DNA of 30,946 nucleotides from an uncultured Mycoplasmatota bacterium (GTDB lineage Bacteria > Bacillota_I > Bacilli_A > RF39 > UBA660), in assembly GCA_947652325.1 (NCBI GenBank), contig CANTCQ010000013.1, positions 1 through 30,946 on the forward strand. Reading direction: 5' to 3'. Position numbers and translations under genes: made by a program. The notes beneath the pieces were generated by a model. It saw nothing but the letters and a program-made list of their open reading frames with translations, was not told where the DNA came from and did no database searches. Shown here one piece after another: positions 17,680-27,934 of this stretch (positions are counted from its first letter, which is position 1; every line of letters starts with the position of its first letter).

Positions 17680-18927
17680 ATGAAAAATCATTTTTTATGT
17701 ATTGATTTAAAGAGTTTTTTTGCAACATGTGAATGTATGGAAAGAGGCCTAGACCCTTTTACTACTCCACTTGTTGTAGCAAACAAAAGCCAGGGAAATG
17801 GCGCTATTACACTAGCCGTTACGCCTTACTTAAAAAATTTAGGCATAAAAGGTCGTACTAGACTTTATGAAATTCCTAAAAATATCAAATACACCATTGT
17901 AAATCCACGAATGAAACTCTATTTAGAAAAATCTCGAGAGGTAATCAGTATTTACCTAGATTACATAGCCAAAGAAGACTTACACATTTATTCGATTGAT
18001 GAATGTTTTCTAGATGTAACCCCTTATTTAAATTTATATAAAAAAAGTGATGATGCTCTTGCATTAGAAATTATAAATACTATTAAAGAAAAAACAGGAC
18101 TTACGGCAACCTGTGGTATTGGTCCTAATATGTTACTTGCCAAAGTCTCTATGGATATCGAAGCAAAAAACATGAAAAATTGCATTGCCAAATGGACTAT
18201 AGAAGATATTGAAACAAAACTTTGGAAAATAAAACCTTTATCTAAAATGTGGGGAATTGGAACTCGTTTAGAAAAACGTTTAAATGCCTTAAATATTTTC
18301 TCAATAAAAGATTTAGCTTTATATGATAAAAACAAATTAAAAGATAAATTTGGAATAATGGGACTAGAACTTTGGAATCACGCAAACGGAATCGACACCT
18401 CTAAAATAAATGATTTTCAAAAAATTGTAAAAGAAAAATCTTTTAGCCATAGTCAAGTCCTATTTAAAGACTATTATAGTGAAAATGCTAAACTAATTAT
18501 AGAAGAAATGGTAGAGGTCATCACGACTAGAATGCGTGAAAACTTTTATGAAACTTCTTGTGTAGGTCTTGGAATTAGTTATTCGAAAACTATAAATGAT
18601 GGATTCTTTCACACAACAAAATTAGAAGTTCCTACCAATAATTTAGAAATCATCATAAAAATGTGCCTTCTACTCTTCGACCGTTATTATAAAAATTTAC
18701 CAATAAGAAAAATCACAATAAGATGTAGTCACCTAACAAAAGGGCTAGGAATGCAGCTAAATATTTTTGAAAGCTTCGAAGAAGCAGAAAAACAAAAAAA
18801 CTACCATAAAACAGTAGATGAAGTAAAAAAAAAATTTGGAAAAAATAGTTTATTAAAAGCATCTAACTTATTACCTGACTCTACAGCTATTATACGTAAC
18901 CAAAAAATAGGAGGGCATCATGAATAA
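17680..18927 (+). CDS. Y-family DNA polymerase (UmuC/ImpB family; UvrX/YqjW-like)
   Basis: The N-terminus FLCIDLKSFFATCE, IYSIDECFLDVT and MLAKVSMD match Y-family catalytic motifs; 415 aa. RBS GGAGGTG. Confidence 0.88.
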   Translation: MKNHFLCIDLKSFFATCECMERGLDPFTTPLVVANKSQGNGAITLAVTPYLKNLGIKGRTRLYEIPKNIKYTIVNPRMKLYLEKSREVISIYLDYIAKEDLHIYSIDECFLDVTPYLNLYKKSDDALALEIINTIKEKTGLTATCGIGPNMLLAKVSMDIEAKNMKNCIAKWTIEDIETKLWKIKPLSKMWGIGTRLEKRLNALNIFSIKDLALYDKNKLKDKFGIMGLELWNHANGIDTSKINDFQKIVKEKSFSHSQVLFKDYYSENAKLIIEEMVEVITTRMRENFYETSCVGLGISYSKTINDGFFHTTKLEVPTNNLEIIIKMCLLLFDRYYKNLPIRKITIRCSHLTKGLGMQLNIFESFEEAEKQKNYHKTVDEVKKKFGKNSLLKASNLLPDSTAIIRNQKIGGHHE

Positions 18928-19237
18928 CGATCGTGGATTCATAAAATGGATTCCTTTTAACAGTTTAATAGAACAAAAAAAAATGGTAGAAAATCTCTTA
19001 CAAGAAAAACAAAAAATAAAAAAACCCATTCTTTCTTTAGAACAACAAGACAAAATAGAAAAACAAATTATAGAAGCTTATTATGAACAAATAGAAATCA
19101 AATTGGAAATTTATAAAAATGGTAGAGTTTTTTCCGTTACTTCTTCCATTTCAGAACTTGATATTCCCTATCATAAAATTATACTAACAAATCATCAAAT
19201 TATCTTATTTGACCAAATTTTAAAAATTATTTTGTAA
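18920..19237 (+). CDS. YolD-like protein (accessory partner of UvrX/YqjW-type polymerases)
   Basis: 105 aa with the RGFIKWIPF motif. It overlaps the polymerase stop by 8 bp. RBS GGAGGG. Confidence 0.7.
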   Translation: MNNDRGFIKWIPFNSLIEQKKMVENLLQEKQKIKKPILSLEQQDKIEKQIIEAYYEQIEIKLEIYKNGRVFSVTSSISELDIPYHKIILTNHQIILFDQILKIIL

Positions 19238-19276
19238 GTTTCAATTAAGTAGTCTATTTTTATCTAAACTAATTTT

Positions 19277-19299
19277 AAATAGCTGCTTCTATTTTATTT
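19277..19299 (+). terminator. Weak intrinsic terminator after the YolD-like gene
   Basis: aaatag-ctgctt-ctattt (6-bp AT-rich stem) followed by a T-rich tail. Confidence 0.25.
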
Positions 19300-19321
19300 A
19301 ATGCAAATAGTATATTTTTTT

Positions 19322-20530
19322 CTATTTCATATAACGAATTTCAAAAATAGTTCCCTCACCCAATTTAGAATCCACTTTGATATATCCTCCATCTTTTTCT
19401 ATAATGTTTTTAGCTAAATGAAGCCCAATTCCGATACTATCACTTCTACTATTTTCCCCTTTATAAAAACGTTTAAAAATATTTTGTAAATCTTTTTTAG
19501 ACATTCCGTTCCCAAAATCTTGTATTATCATTTTACAAAACAAAGGATTATCTTCCACTTTTATAAAAATATTTTCCTTTTCATTTGAATGCTCAATAGC
19601 ATTTTTTAAAATATTGGTAATTGCTTCCAACTCCCAGTGATAATCTCCTAAAAAAATTATTTCTTCTTGCATATCGACTTTAATATTTACTTCCCTAACT
19701 TCTCTTAAAATTTCTATATTTTTAATAGCAGCATTAATAATTTTCCGAAACGCAATTTTTTCTTTTTTAAACGCAACAGCTCCTGATTCTATCCGCGAAA
19801 GCTTTAAAAGAGATATAAGTAAAAAATTAATATTTTTTACTTGATGATGTACATTTTCTATAAAATCTGTTTTTGTTTCATCATCCATATTTGGATTATC
19901 CAAAATATTATCTAACATAATCAAAATCGAAGTTAAAGGCGTTTTTAATTGATGAGAAATGTCGGAAATAGAATCTTTTAACGCCATTTTTTCTTTTTTT
20001 AAATTTTCACTTTCTTCTCGAAGCATAATGGTAGTTTTATATACTTCATTTCGTAAAATAGAAAGTTCTCCTTCCTCATTATCTTCTATTTTAAGAAGAT
20101 AATTACGATGATTAATTTCTCGCATATAATGGGTAATTTTTTTTATTTCATGTTCTTTTTTATAAAAATAGAAAAAGAAACAAAAAAGAAAAAGAAAAAA
20201 AAGAAAAAGAATAAAAGTACCATTTAAAATAATGGAATAATGATAATTATCTTCTAATGTATACAAAATAGAGCTATCTTCTTGTATCCCATATTTGCGA
20301 AGTTCCTTCAAAAAAGAAACATTTTTTTTACCATTTAAAAGCTCTATAATTTCTTTTTCTGTGATAGAAGGGTATTTTTCTTTTAGTGTAGCAACAACAC
20401 CATATAAATACATGTTTACACTTTTTTTATAAGAAGAATATTCTATATAGGAAACAATAACAGAAAGAATACTAAAAAAAAGAAAAAGTAATAAACCATA
20501 AAAAAACAATTTTAACCGTTCACTTTTCAT
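19322..20530 (-). CDS. Sensor histidine kinase (two TM helices, HisKA plus HATPase_c)
   Basis: H-box SHQLKTPLTSI, N-box LKNAIEHS, G1 DFGNGM, G2 GIGLHLAKNI. Two TM helices flank a loop of about 70 aa. It overlaps the regulator gene by 4 bp. Confidence 0.88.
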   Translation of the reverse strand: MKSERLKLFFYGLLLFLFFSILSVIVSYIEYSSYKKSVNMYLYGVVATLKEKYPSITEKEIIELLNGKKNVSFLKELRKYGIQEDSSILYTLEDNYHYSIILNGTFILFLFFLFLFCFFFYFYKKEHEIKKITHYMREINHRNYLLKIEDNEEGELSILRNEVYKTTIMLREESENLKKEKMALKDSISDISHQLKTPLTSILIMLDNILDNPNMDDETKTDFIENVHHQVKNINFLLISLLKLSRIESGAVAFKKEKIAFRKIINAAIKNIEILREVREVNIKVDMQEEIIFLGDYHWELEAITNILKNAIEHSNEKENIFIKVEDNPLFCKMIIQDFGNGMSKKDLQNIFKRFYKGENSRSDSIGIGLHLAKNIIEKDGGYIKVDSKLGEGTIFEIRYMK

Positions 20531-21189
20531 TCTTTATCCACCCGATATCCAATTCCTTTAATAGTTTTTATAACATCATCTCTTCCTAATTTTTCCCGAA
20601 TTCTTTTAATATAAACTGTTAAAGTATTATCATTTACATCGTTTCCAGAAAAGTCCCAAATTTTATCTAAAATAGATTCTCTAGTTACAACCCTTCCTGC
20701 ATTTTCTACCATAAGCAAAAATAGCTTATATTCTAGCATGGTAAAAGGAATTTCTCTTCCCAAACGAAATACTTGCATGCTTTCTAGATTCACTTCTATA
20801 TCTTTAACAAGCATTCTTTTTTTCTCCTCTACCTTATTTTTTAATGCATTATTAATTCTTAAAATAAGCTCTCGATTTCGAAAAGGTTTTACAATATAAT
20901 CGGCAGCTCCAAGTTCAAGTCCTCTTATTATATCATCTTCTAAATCTTTTGCTGTCAAAAAAATAACAGGAACTTGAATTTCTTCTTTTCTATTTTGATA
21001 AAAAGAAAAACCATCTCCATCAGGCAAAGTAACATCTAAAAGAAGCAAATCAAATTTTTTGTTCTTTATATATTCTTTTGCTCTTTCTAAAGTAGATGCT
21101 GTAAGTAATAAAAAATCATTTTGCATAAATAAATAATCCAAACCTTTTTTTATCACTTCATTATCTTCTACCAACAAGATTGTTTTCAT
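20527..21189 (-). CDS. OmpR/PhoB-family response regulator
   Basis: Receiver motifs LLVEDN, DLLLLDVTLPDGDG and LTAK, plus a winged-helix C-terminus (LTVYIKRIREKL, GIGYRV). RBS AGGAGG. Confidence 0.9.
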   Translation of the reverse strand: MKTILLVEDNEVIKKGLDYLFMQNDFLLLTASTLERAKEYIKNKKFDLLLLDVTLPDGDGFSFYQNRKEEIQVPVIFLTAKDLEDDIIRGLELGAADYIVKPFRNRELILRINNALKNKVEEKKRMLVKDIEVNLESMQVFRLGREIPFTMLEYKLFLLMVENAGRVVTRESILDKIWDFSGNDVNDNTLTVYIKRIREKLGRDDVIKTIKGIGYRVDKE

Positions 21190-21399
21190 AAAAAATTTCC
21201 TCCTTTTTTAGTATTCAACTAAACCTTTACTTATTAAGTAAACAAAACCACTATTCATAACAAAATATCTATAGATAATGATAATATTTTAAGAAATCAT
21301 AGAAAAACGGAGACAAAACTTTTAAATCATAATGGATATAATACTTCACACTTATAATATACCAAAAAGTAGAAATACTTTTATTAAATAGAAAATATC

Positions 21400-21421
21400 T
21401 TTGACAAAAATTTGACAAAAA
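21400..21421 (-). repeat. Perfect 11-bp tandem direct repeat (minus strand TTTTTGTCAAA x2); candidate response-regulator site
   Basis: tttgacaaaaa-tttgacaaaaa read directly from the sequence. It lies 19 nt downstream of the permease stop and about 210 nt upstream of the regulator ATG. Confidence 0.45.
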
Positions 21422-21439
21422 GAAAACCATTCCGATTTC

Positions 21440-24010
21440 TTAAATATTATCGTTTCGAATGGTTTCTATAATATTTTGTTTATTGATTTTTTGTAAAGAA
21501 TACTTCATAATAATACCAATAATAATACTAACAAATACAATAACGATTAGTAAAGATTTTATTGGGAATGTATATGAAAATTCCATTCCTTTTTTAAAGG
21601 CTAAATAAATGATATAAGACCCTACTAATCCTAAAGGAATTCCTATGAATAAAGATTTCATTCCATAGAAGATACTTTCCAAACGAATCATCCGATTAAA
21701 TTCACGTTTTGTCATTCCAATACTTTTAAGCATGGCAAATTCTTTACTTCGTAAATTCATATTTGTAGTTATTGTATTAAAGATATTGGTAATACCAATT
21801 AAACTAATGACCGTAATAAATCCATACAAGAAGATAGAAACAATTAATACCATCGCATTTTGCGCTTTCATTTCTTCTTCTAGATTGGTTACATATACGC
21901 CCTTAAATTCTTCTTTTTCCTTTCTTAAATTATCAATTTGGTTTTCTAACTTTTTCGCATCTGTTGCTTTTACATACATAGTGGCATAAGTTTCTTCAAA
22001 TAAGGAATTGAAAATCTCATCACTAACGATTAAGTATCCACCGAAAGAATAACTATGTTCTAAACCCATAGGTCTTTCTTCGCTTCTTATAATTTCGATT
22101 TCAAAATCTTTTTTTGCATCTATTGTTGTTCCTTTTAAAATATCATGATTTTTGAAGTTATATAAGTTTCCAACATAGTTCTTTTTGTTGATAGTTTCTT
22201 TAAATTCATCTAATAAAATACCAACTTTTTTATCACTGGAAACTCCTATCTTTTTTAAGTATCTACTATACTCTTGCGCTCCTAAAGAAACAATGCTAAT
22301 AGTTCTTTCTTCTTTATTTTCCTCGTTGTCTAAGCCAAAAAGTTTTAATATTTTTCTTCCATAATCTGAATAACTGGCATCCGAAACAAATAAACTATCA
22401 CTTCTTATGATGCTATAATATTCGATTAAATCAAGCTTTGCTAGTTCTTTTAAATTATCATAACGCATAGAATAAGTGTCTCCATTGGAATAAATACGCA
22501 TATTATAATCTACTTCTGTATAATAACCTCCCGCCATTTTAAAACCAAAATCAATAAAAGAAGAAAGAGATAAAAAAACTACAATACTAACCACAATTGA
22601 TATAACAGTTGTACGATATTTCTTTTTATTACGCTTTAAATTTTTATAAGCTATTACACCACCTGTTTTAAATAATTTTTTAACAAAAAACGGCGTTTTT
22701 AATTTCTTTGTTTTAATTTTAATATCATTATTACTACGAATTGCATCAATTGCAGAAATCTTTCCTGCTTTTTTAGCAGTTCGAATAGTTGATAAATAAA
22801 TCGTAACACTCGCTAAAAGAATAGAAAGCAAAATGGGCATCAGCGGAATACTGTAAACAAAATAAATATCTCCTAAATAATCTCCAATAATAAAATTAAT
22901 CAAAAAGACCAAAACAACAATGGCAATTATTCCAGATAGAATACCAATTGGAATAGCAATTAGGCCTAAGAAAAAACCTTCATATAAAACATTCTTCTTA
23001 ATTTGTCTACTCGTTGCCCCAATACTTCTTAGCATCCCATACATTTTGTATTTTTCTGTAATGGAAATAGCAAAACTATTTTTTATAACAAAAACACTAG
23101 AAAGAATAATAATCCCAAGAACCACAGCTGCAACTATATAAAGAGCACCCATTGTTTCACTATCTGTAACTCCTAACCAACGTAAATAACCACTATTATA
23201 TGAATAATCATATTTATCTCCTGCAATATTTATTGTTTTATAATTATATCCTTTTGGATTTTTAAATAGAATAAAAGCATCTCCCTTTTCATGAATTTCA
23301 TCCGTATAAGTAATCGCGGTATACCCAGGAGCACTGTAGCTTTCTATTTCATAACTTGGACGTTCTATTATACCAACAATAGTATAGGTTATCTTTTCTT
23401 TAGGTTGAAAACTTTCAATTATTTTTTCTTGTTTTTCACTTCTATTATTCATGCTGCTATCTTCCTCTTCTGTTTCAGTAGCAAGAGGATTGTTTTGATT
23501 TAAAAAATAAGTTTTTCCATCTTCTAGAAGTGTTCTAACACCTATTTGTAAAGTGATTGTATCTCCAATTTTTCCTGAAAATCCTCCCCCTTCAATAACA
23601 TGATTGGGAATTATAATTTCATTTTTATTTTGAGGTAATCTTCCTTCTATTAAACGTATTCCTGTATTATGGAGAGCCTTTTCATTAAAAGCACTTACAT
23701 AAAAATAAGGCTTAAAATAATTTTCGGAAGAAAAAGGAGCATAACCAATCTCAGTCTTAAGATAATAATCTTGCATATCTCGATTATTTTCTAAAGCCAA
23801 AATATCTTCTTTTGGCATATCCTTAATTTGAACATGATAATATCCATTTGAGTTTATACTATCATTAATTAGTGTTTTTTGAAAACTAGTAACCATACCA
23901 GATACACAAACAATCATTGCTGTTGATAAAATAATTCCAATAATCGTAACAATCGTTCTTTTTTTGTTTAAAATCAAATTTCTTTTGGTTAATTTTTTTA
24001 AAACATTCAT
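21440..24010 (-). CDS. ABC transporter permease, double FtsX-domain (MacB-like) with two large extracytoplasmic domains
   Basis: 856 aa. An N-terminal TM and an ectodomain of about 240 aa are followed by 3 TM helices; this unit is then repeated. There are FtsX-like C-terminal helices in both halves. It overlaps the ATPase gene by 4 bp. Confidence 0.85.
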   Translation of the reverse strand: MNVLKKLTKRNLILNKKRTIVTIIGIILSTAMIVCVSGMVTSFQKTLINDSINSNGYYHVQIKDMPKEDILALENNRDMQDYYLKTEIGYAPFSSENYFKPYFYVSAFNEKALHNTGIRLIEGRLPQNKNEIIIPNHVIEGGGFSGKIGDTITLQIGVRTLLEDGKTYFLNQNNPLATETEEEDSSMNNRSEKQEKIIESFQPKEKITYTIVGIIERPSYEIESYSAPGYTAITYTDEIHEKGDAFILFKNPKGYNYKTINIAGDKYDYSYNSGYLRWLGVTDSETMGALYIVAAVVLGIIILSSVFVIKNSFAISITEKYKMYGMLRSIGATSRQIKKNVLYEGFFLGLIAIPIGILSGIIAIVVLVFLINFIIGDYLGDIYFVYSIPLMPILLSILLASVTIYLSTIRTAKKAGKISAIDAIRSNNDIKIKTKKLKTPFFVKKLFKTGGVIAYKNLKRNKKKYRTTVISIVVSIVVFLSLSSFIDFGFKMAGGYYTEVDYNMRIYSNGDTYSMRYDNLKELAKLDLIEYYSIIRSDSLFVSDASYSDYGRKILKLFGLDNEENKEERTISIVSLGAQEYSRYLKKIGVSSDKKVGILLDEFKETINKKNYVGNLYNFKNHDILKGTTIDAKKDFEIEIIRSEERPMGLEHSYSFGGYLIVSDEIFNSLFEETYATMYVKATDAKKLENQIDNLRKEKEEFKGVYVTNLEEEMKAQNAMVLIVSIFLYGFITVISLIGITNIFNTITTNMNLRSKEFAMLKSIGMTKREFNRMIRLESIFYGMKSLFIGIPLGLVGSYIIYLAFKKGMEFSYTFPIKSLLIVIVFVSIIIGIIMKYSLQKINKQNIIETIRNDNI

Positions 24011-24687
24011 GCTACTTTCTCATCCTTTATAATTTTTCCATCATCAATTGTGATAATCCGGTCAGCTTCTTTGGCTATTTCTAAATCATGTGTAATTACT
24101 ACAATCGTTTGCTTATATTTTTTGTTGGACATTTTTAAAAGGGAAACAATTTCATCACTTGCTTTTGAATCCAAATTTCCTGTGGGTTCATCTGCTAAAA
24201 CTAAAGCAGGATTATTAATAATAGCACGTCCTATTGACACTCTTTGTTGTTGTCCGCCTGACAACTCATTTGGCAAATGATTCTTTCTTTCTTTTAAATT
24301 TAATATATCAAGCACTTCTTCTAAACGTTCTTTAGATACATTAGTATTATCTAAATCACATGGAAGCATAATATTTTCTGTAACATTTAAAATAGGAATT
24401 AAATTATAAAATTGATAAATAATACCTATTTGTCTTCTTCTAAAAATAGCTAACTCATCATCGCTTAAAGAGTAAATATCTTTTCCATCAATGTATACTT
24501 TTCCACTGGTTGGTCTATCCACCCCTCCAAGTAAATGTAAAAGAGTCGATTTTCCACTTCCACTGGATCCCACAATAGCTACAAATTCGCCCTTTTCTAT
24601 CGAAAAAGAAATATGGTCTACTGCATTTATTTTCATTTCTCCTTTTCCATAGGTTTTTGTTAAATTATCAACTTTCAATATTTCCAT
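24007..24687 (-). CDS. ABC transporter ATP-binding protein (MacB/LolD-type)
   Basis: Walker A GSSGSGKST, Q-loop, LSGGQQQRVSIGRA, Walker B LVLADEPTGNLD and ITHD. The preferred start is ATG 24687 (MEILKVDNL) behind AAAGGAAAG. The track start at 24783 would cover the promoter region. Confidence 0.9.
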   Translation of the reverse strand: MEILKVDNLTKTYGKGEMKINAVDHISFSIEKGEFVAIVGSSGSGKSTLLHLLGGVDRPTSGKVYIDGKDIYSLSDDELAIFRRRQIGIIYQFYNLIPILNVTENIMLPCDLDNTNVSKERLEEVLDILNLKERKNHLPNELSGGQQQRVSIGRAIINNPALVLADEPTGNLDSKASDEIVSLLKMSNKKYKQTIVVITHDLEIAKEADRIITIDDGKIIKDEKVA

Positions 24688-24724
24688 AAAATCTTTCCTT
24701 TCAAATAAAATATATGAAATATTT

Positions 24725-24741
24725 GTGACTCTAAAGTGACT
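24725..24741 (-). promoter_or_regulatory. Direct repeat AGTCAC-N5-AGTCAC (11-bp period) over the -35 position of the ABC operon promoter
   Basis: The minus strand reads AGTCACTTTAGAGTCAC, then 10 nt, then TATATT, then 21 nt to the ATG. Confidence 0.45.
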
Positions 24742-24899
24742 ATTAAATAAAAAAATTTTTCTCAAAATTAAAAAAACAAGCAATTTATAACCTGTTTTTT
24801 CCTTATTTTTATTTTGAAATATATGAGAATAAACAATGTGAATATCTTCCTCTATAAAGTACCAACCAAAAAGGTTTGAAAAAAATTAAACATTTTTAA

Positions 24900-25847
24900 T
24901 TATCCTTTATAAAGTCCACCATTAATATGTAGAACTTGTCCAGTTGTATAAGAAGCATCATCACTTGCTAAATAAACAAACATGGGTGCTAGTTCAAAAG
25001 GTTCTCCGGCTCTTTTCATGGGAGCATCAAAACCAAGAGTAGGTATTTTTTCTTTTTCCCAACAAGCGGGTTGTAAAGGAGTCCAAAAATACCCTGGAGC
25101 AATAGCATTTACTCGAATATTTTTATCTGCTAAATTTGTAGCTAAACTTCTTGTAAAACCCACAATTGCACCTTTACTTGTGACATAATCAATAAGCTCT
25201 GGCTCTCCATAGAAAGTAGTAACAGAGGTTACATTAATAATAGAAGCTCCACTCTTCATTTCTTTTAAAGCACTTTTCGTCAAATAAAATATCGAATAAA
25301 TATTGGTTTTCATTGTGTAATCAAATTGTTCGTCACTTATAAAAAGTAAACTTTTTTGTTGATATTGTACACCCGCATTATTCACTAAAATATCCAATTT
25401 TCCAAAACGATTCATAGTTTCCTTTACAATATAATCGCAAAAACTTCTATTTTTTACATCACCAGAAATTAAAAGACATTCTCCACCTAAAGATTCAATG
25501 TACTTTTTCGTATCACTGGCATCTTTATGTTCATTTAAATAAACAATAACAATTTTAGCACCTTCTTTTATAAAACTTATGGCAACAGCTCTTCCTATTC
25601 CCGAATCTCCTCCAGTAACAATAGCTACTTTATTTTGTAACTTTCCACAAGCTATATAATTGGGATTATCAAAAATAGGCTTAGGTTCCATTAAATATTC
25701 CATACCAGGCTGTATCGTTTGATGCTGAGGAGGAAATTTTAATTTAAACTGGGTACATTTATATCCGTATCCATAATCATCTACATATTTAAGTCCATAG
25801 TCATCTTTTCCAATTTTATCTTTAGAATTAAAATACTCATAATCCAC
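24900..25847 (-). CDS. SDR-family oxidoreductase, YhdF/YghA-like (general-stress type)
   Basis: PPQHQTIQPGMEYLMEPKPIFD and VAIVTGGDSGIGRAV, NNAG, and YVTSKGAIVGFTRSL all closely parallel B. subtilis YhdF and E. coli YghA. The track start (TTG 25895) has no RBS. GTG 25847 is preceded by GAGGTG with a 6-nt spacing, so I use it. Confidence 0.8.
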   Translation of the reverse strand: MDYEYFNSKDKIGKDDYGLKYVDDYGYGYKCTQFKLKFPPQHQTIQPGMEYLMEPKPIFDNPNYIACGKLQNKVAIVTGGDSGIGRAVAISFIKEGAKIVIVYLNEHKDASDTKKYIESLGGECLLISGDVKNRSFCDYIVKETMNRFGKLDILVNNAGVQYQQKSLLFISDEQFDYTMKTNIYSIFYLTKSALKEMKSGASIINVTSVTTFYGEPELIDYVTSKGAIVGFTRSLATNLADKNIRVNAIAPGYFWTPLQPACWEKEKIPTLGFDAPMKRAGEPFELAPMFVYLASDDASYTTGQVLHINGGLYKG

Positions 25848-25897
25848 ATTTTTCACCTCTTGTAAAATATATGGAATTTCTAAATACTTATTCAAAA

Positions 25898-25922
25898 TTA
25901 AAAAAACTAGACAATTCTAGTT
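25898..25922 (-). terminator. Weak intrinsic terminator overlapping the PH-domain gene stop
   Basis: Minus RNA aacuag-aauugu-cuaguu (6-bp stem) followed by U7. Confidence 0.35.
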
Positions 25923-26319
25923 ACATAACTGTAGATTCCATCATTAATTTAAATACTTTTTTTAAATTTTCTTTTTTATCATGATTCATATTTACAAAAT
26001 TAATATGAAGTTGATAACTGCTATTTAAACTAAACAACAATTCAACTTTACCTGGAACATAATTAATAGCACTTGTAGATATAGAATTGTAAGGAACAAC
26101 ATGTACTTTTTTATAATAAAGACCAAGAGGGTCTCGGTCAAATAAAATCATCTTTTTATCAGTAAATAGCACATAATCTTTGCTATTTTTGTATGCAATA
26201 ATAATTTTTTCATGTTGATACACATATTCTTTTGTATATTCGGGCAAAGAAGTTAAATTTATTATTTCTTCTTTAAAATCAAAATACTTTGTTAATTCTT
26301 TAAATTTCATGTAAGCCAT
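25921..26319 (-). CDS. Bacterial PH-domain protein (YokE/bPH-like), cytoplasmic
   Basis: The pattern DYVLFTDKKMILFD...VHVVPYNSISTSAI is typical of bacterial PH domains. There is no signal peptide. The preferred start is ATG 26319, with RBS GAGGTGG overlapping the TAG stop of the upstream gene. Confidence 0.55.
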   Translation of the reverse strand: MAYMKFKELTKYFDFKEEIINLTSLPEYTKEYVYQHEKIIIAYKNSKDYVLFTDKKMILFDRDPLGLYYKKVHVVPYNSISTSAINYVPGKVELLFSLNSSYQLHINFVNMNHDKKENLKKVFKLMMESTVM

Positions 26320-26330
26320 ATAATCCACCT

Positions 26331-27275
<945 letters not shown>

Positions 27276-27364
27276 TTTTATACCCTACCTATCATAAACA
27301 TTATACGTGGAATATAGAATTTATGTCAATATAAATTTAAATAAAAATAAGTTTTTTATATATT

Positions 27365-27892
27365 TCAAATAACTGTTAATTTATTAAGAGGCCAAAAACG
27401 AATAGCCACTTTTCCTATAATATCCTCTTTAGAAATTAAACCAATTTCCCTACTATCTAAAGAATTTAAACGATTATCCCCTAAAACTAAATATTTATCT
27501 TGTGGAATTTTATCATATCCTAAATCTTGTAAAGAAAAATCTTTATATTGCATTGTTTCTAAAATATATTTTTCATCTACTTTTTCATTATTAATATACA
27601 AAATACTATTTTTTATAAATATAGTTTCTCCAGGTAAACCAATAATTCGTTTTATTAAATATTTTGTATCTGCATATTTTAATGAAATAATGTCCCCTCT
27701 TTTTACTTTAAAAAAACGATATTGAAATTTATTTAAAATCAATAATTCTTCATTTTGTAAAGTAGGAGACATCGAATTTCCAACCACTTTAGTAATAGAA
27801 AAAACATATTGTATTAAAAACAGAAAAAAAACAATACAAACAATAATCTTCAATGAATCTTTTATAAACTCTTTAATTCCTAGCCAATCCAT
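27365..27892 (-). CDS. lepB: Signal peptidase I (S26A, bacterial P-type, Ser-Lys dyad)
   Basis: N-terminal anchor, GNSMSPTL (catalytic Ser box), YLIKRIIGLPGE (catalytic Lys box) and GDNRLNSLDSR; 175 aa. The gene ends on TGA. Confidence 0.9.
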   Translation of the reverse strand: MDWLGIKEFIKDSLKIIVCIVFFLFLIQYVFSITKVVGNSMSPTLQNEELLILNKFQYRFFKVKRGDIISLKYADTKYLIKRIIGLPGETIFIKNSILYINNEKVDEKYILETMQYKDFSLQDLGYDKIPQDKYLVLGDNRLNSLDSREIGLISKEDIIGKVAIRFWPLNKLTVI

Positions 27893-27934
27893 CTTACTTC
27901 CCCAATCAAGTTTTCTTTTAAAATTATATAATAT

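Noticed and set aside
18024-19053. Track ORFs 18024..18335 (-) and 18871..19053 (-).
   Set aside because: They are antisense to the Y-family polymerase and YolD-like genes.
21400-21421. Two TTGACA hexamers on the plus strand, read as -35 boxes of a plus-strand promoter.
   Set aside because: Downstream on the plus strand lies only the antisense of the permease gene. The repeat is better explained as a minus-strand regulator site.
21732-23503. Track ORFs 21732..21989, 22920..23141 and 23291..23503 on the plus strand.
   Set aside because: All are antisense within the 856-aa FtsX permease gene. None has an RBS or recognisable motifs.
24050-25188. Track ORFs 24050..24280 (+) and 24982..25188 (+); likewise 6248..6436, 7227..7409, 10896..11111 and 29833..30063.
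   Set aside because: All are short shadow ORFs inside, or overlapping, confidently assigned genes on the other strand or in another frame.
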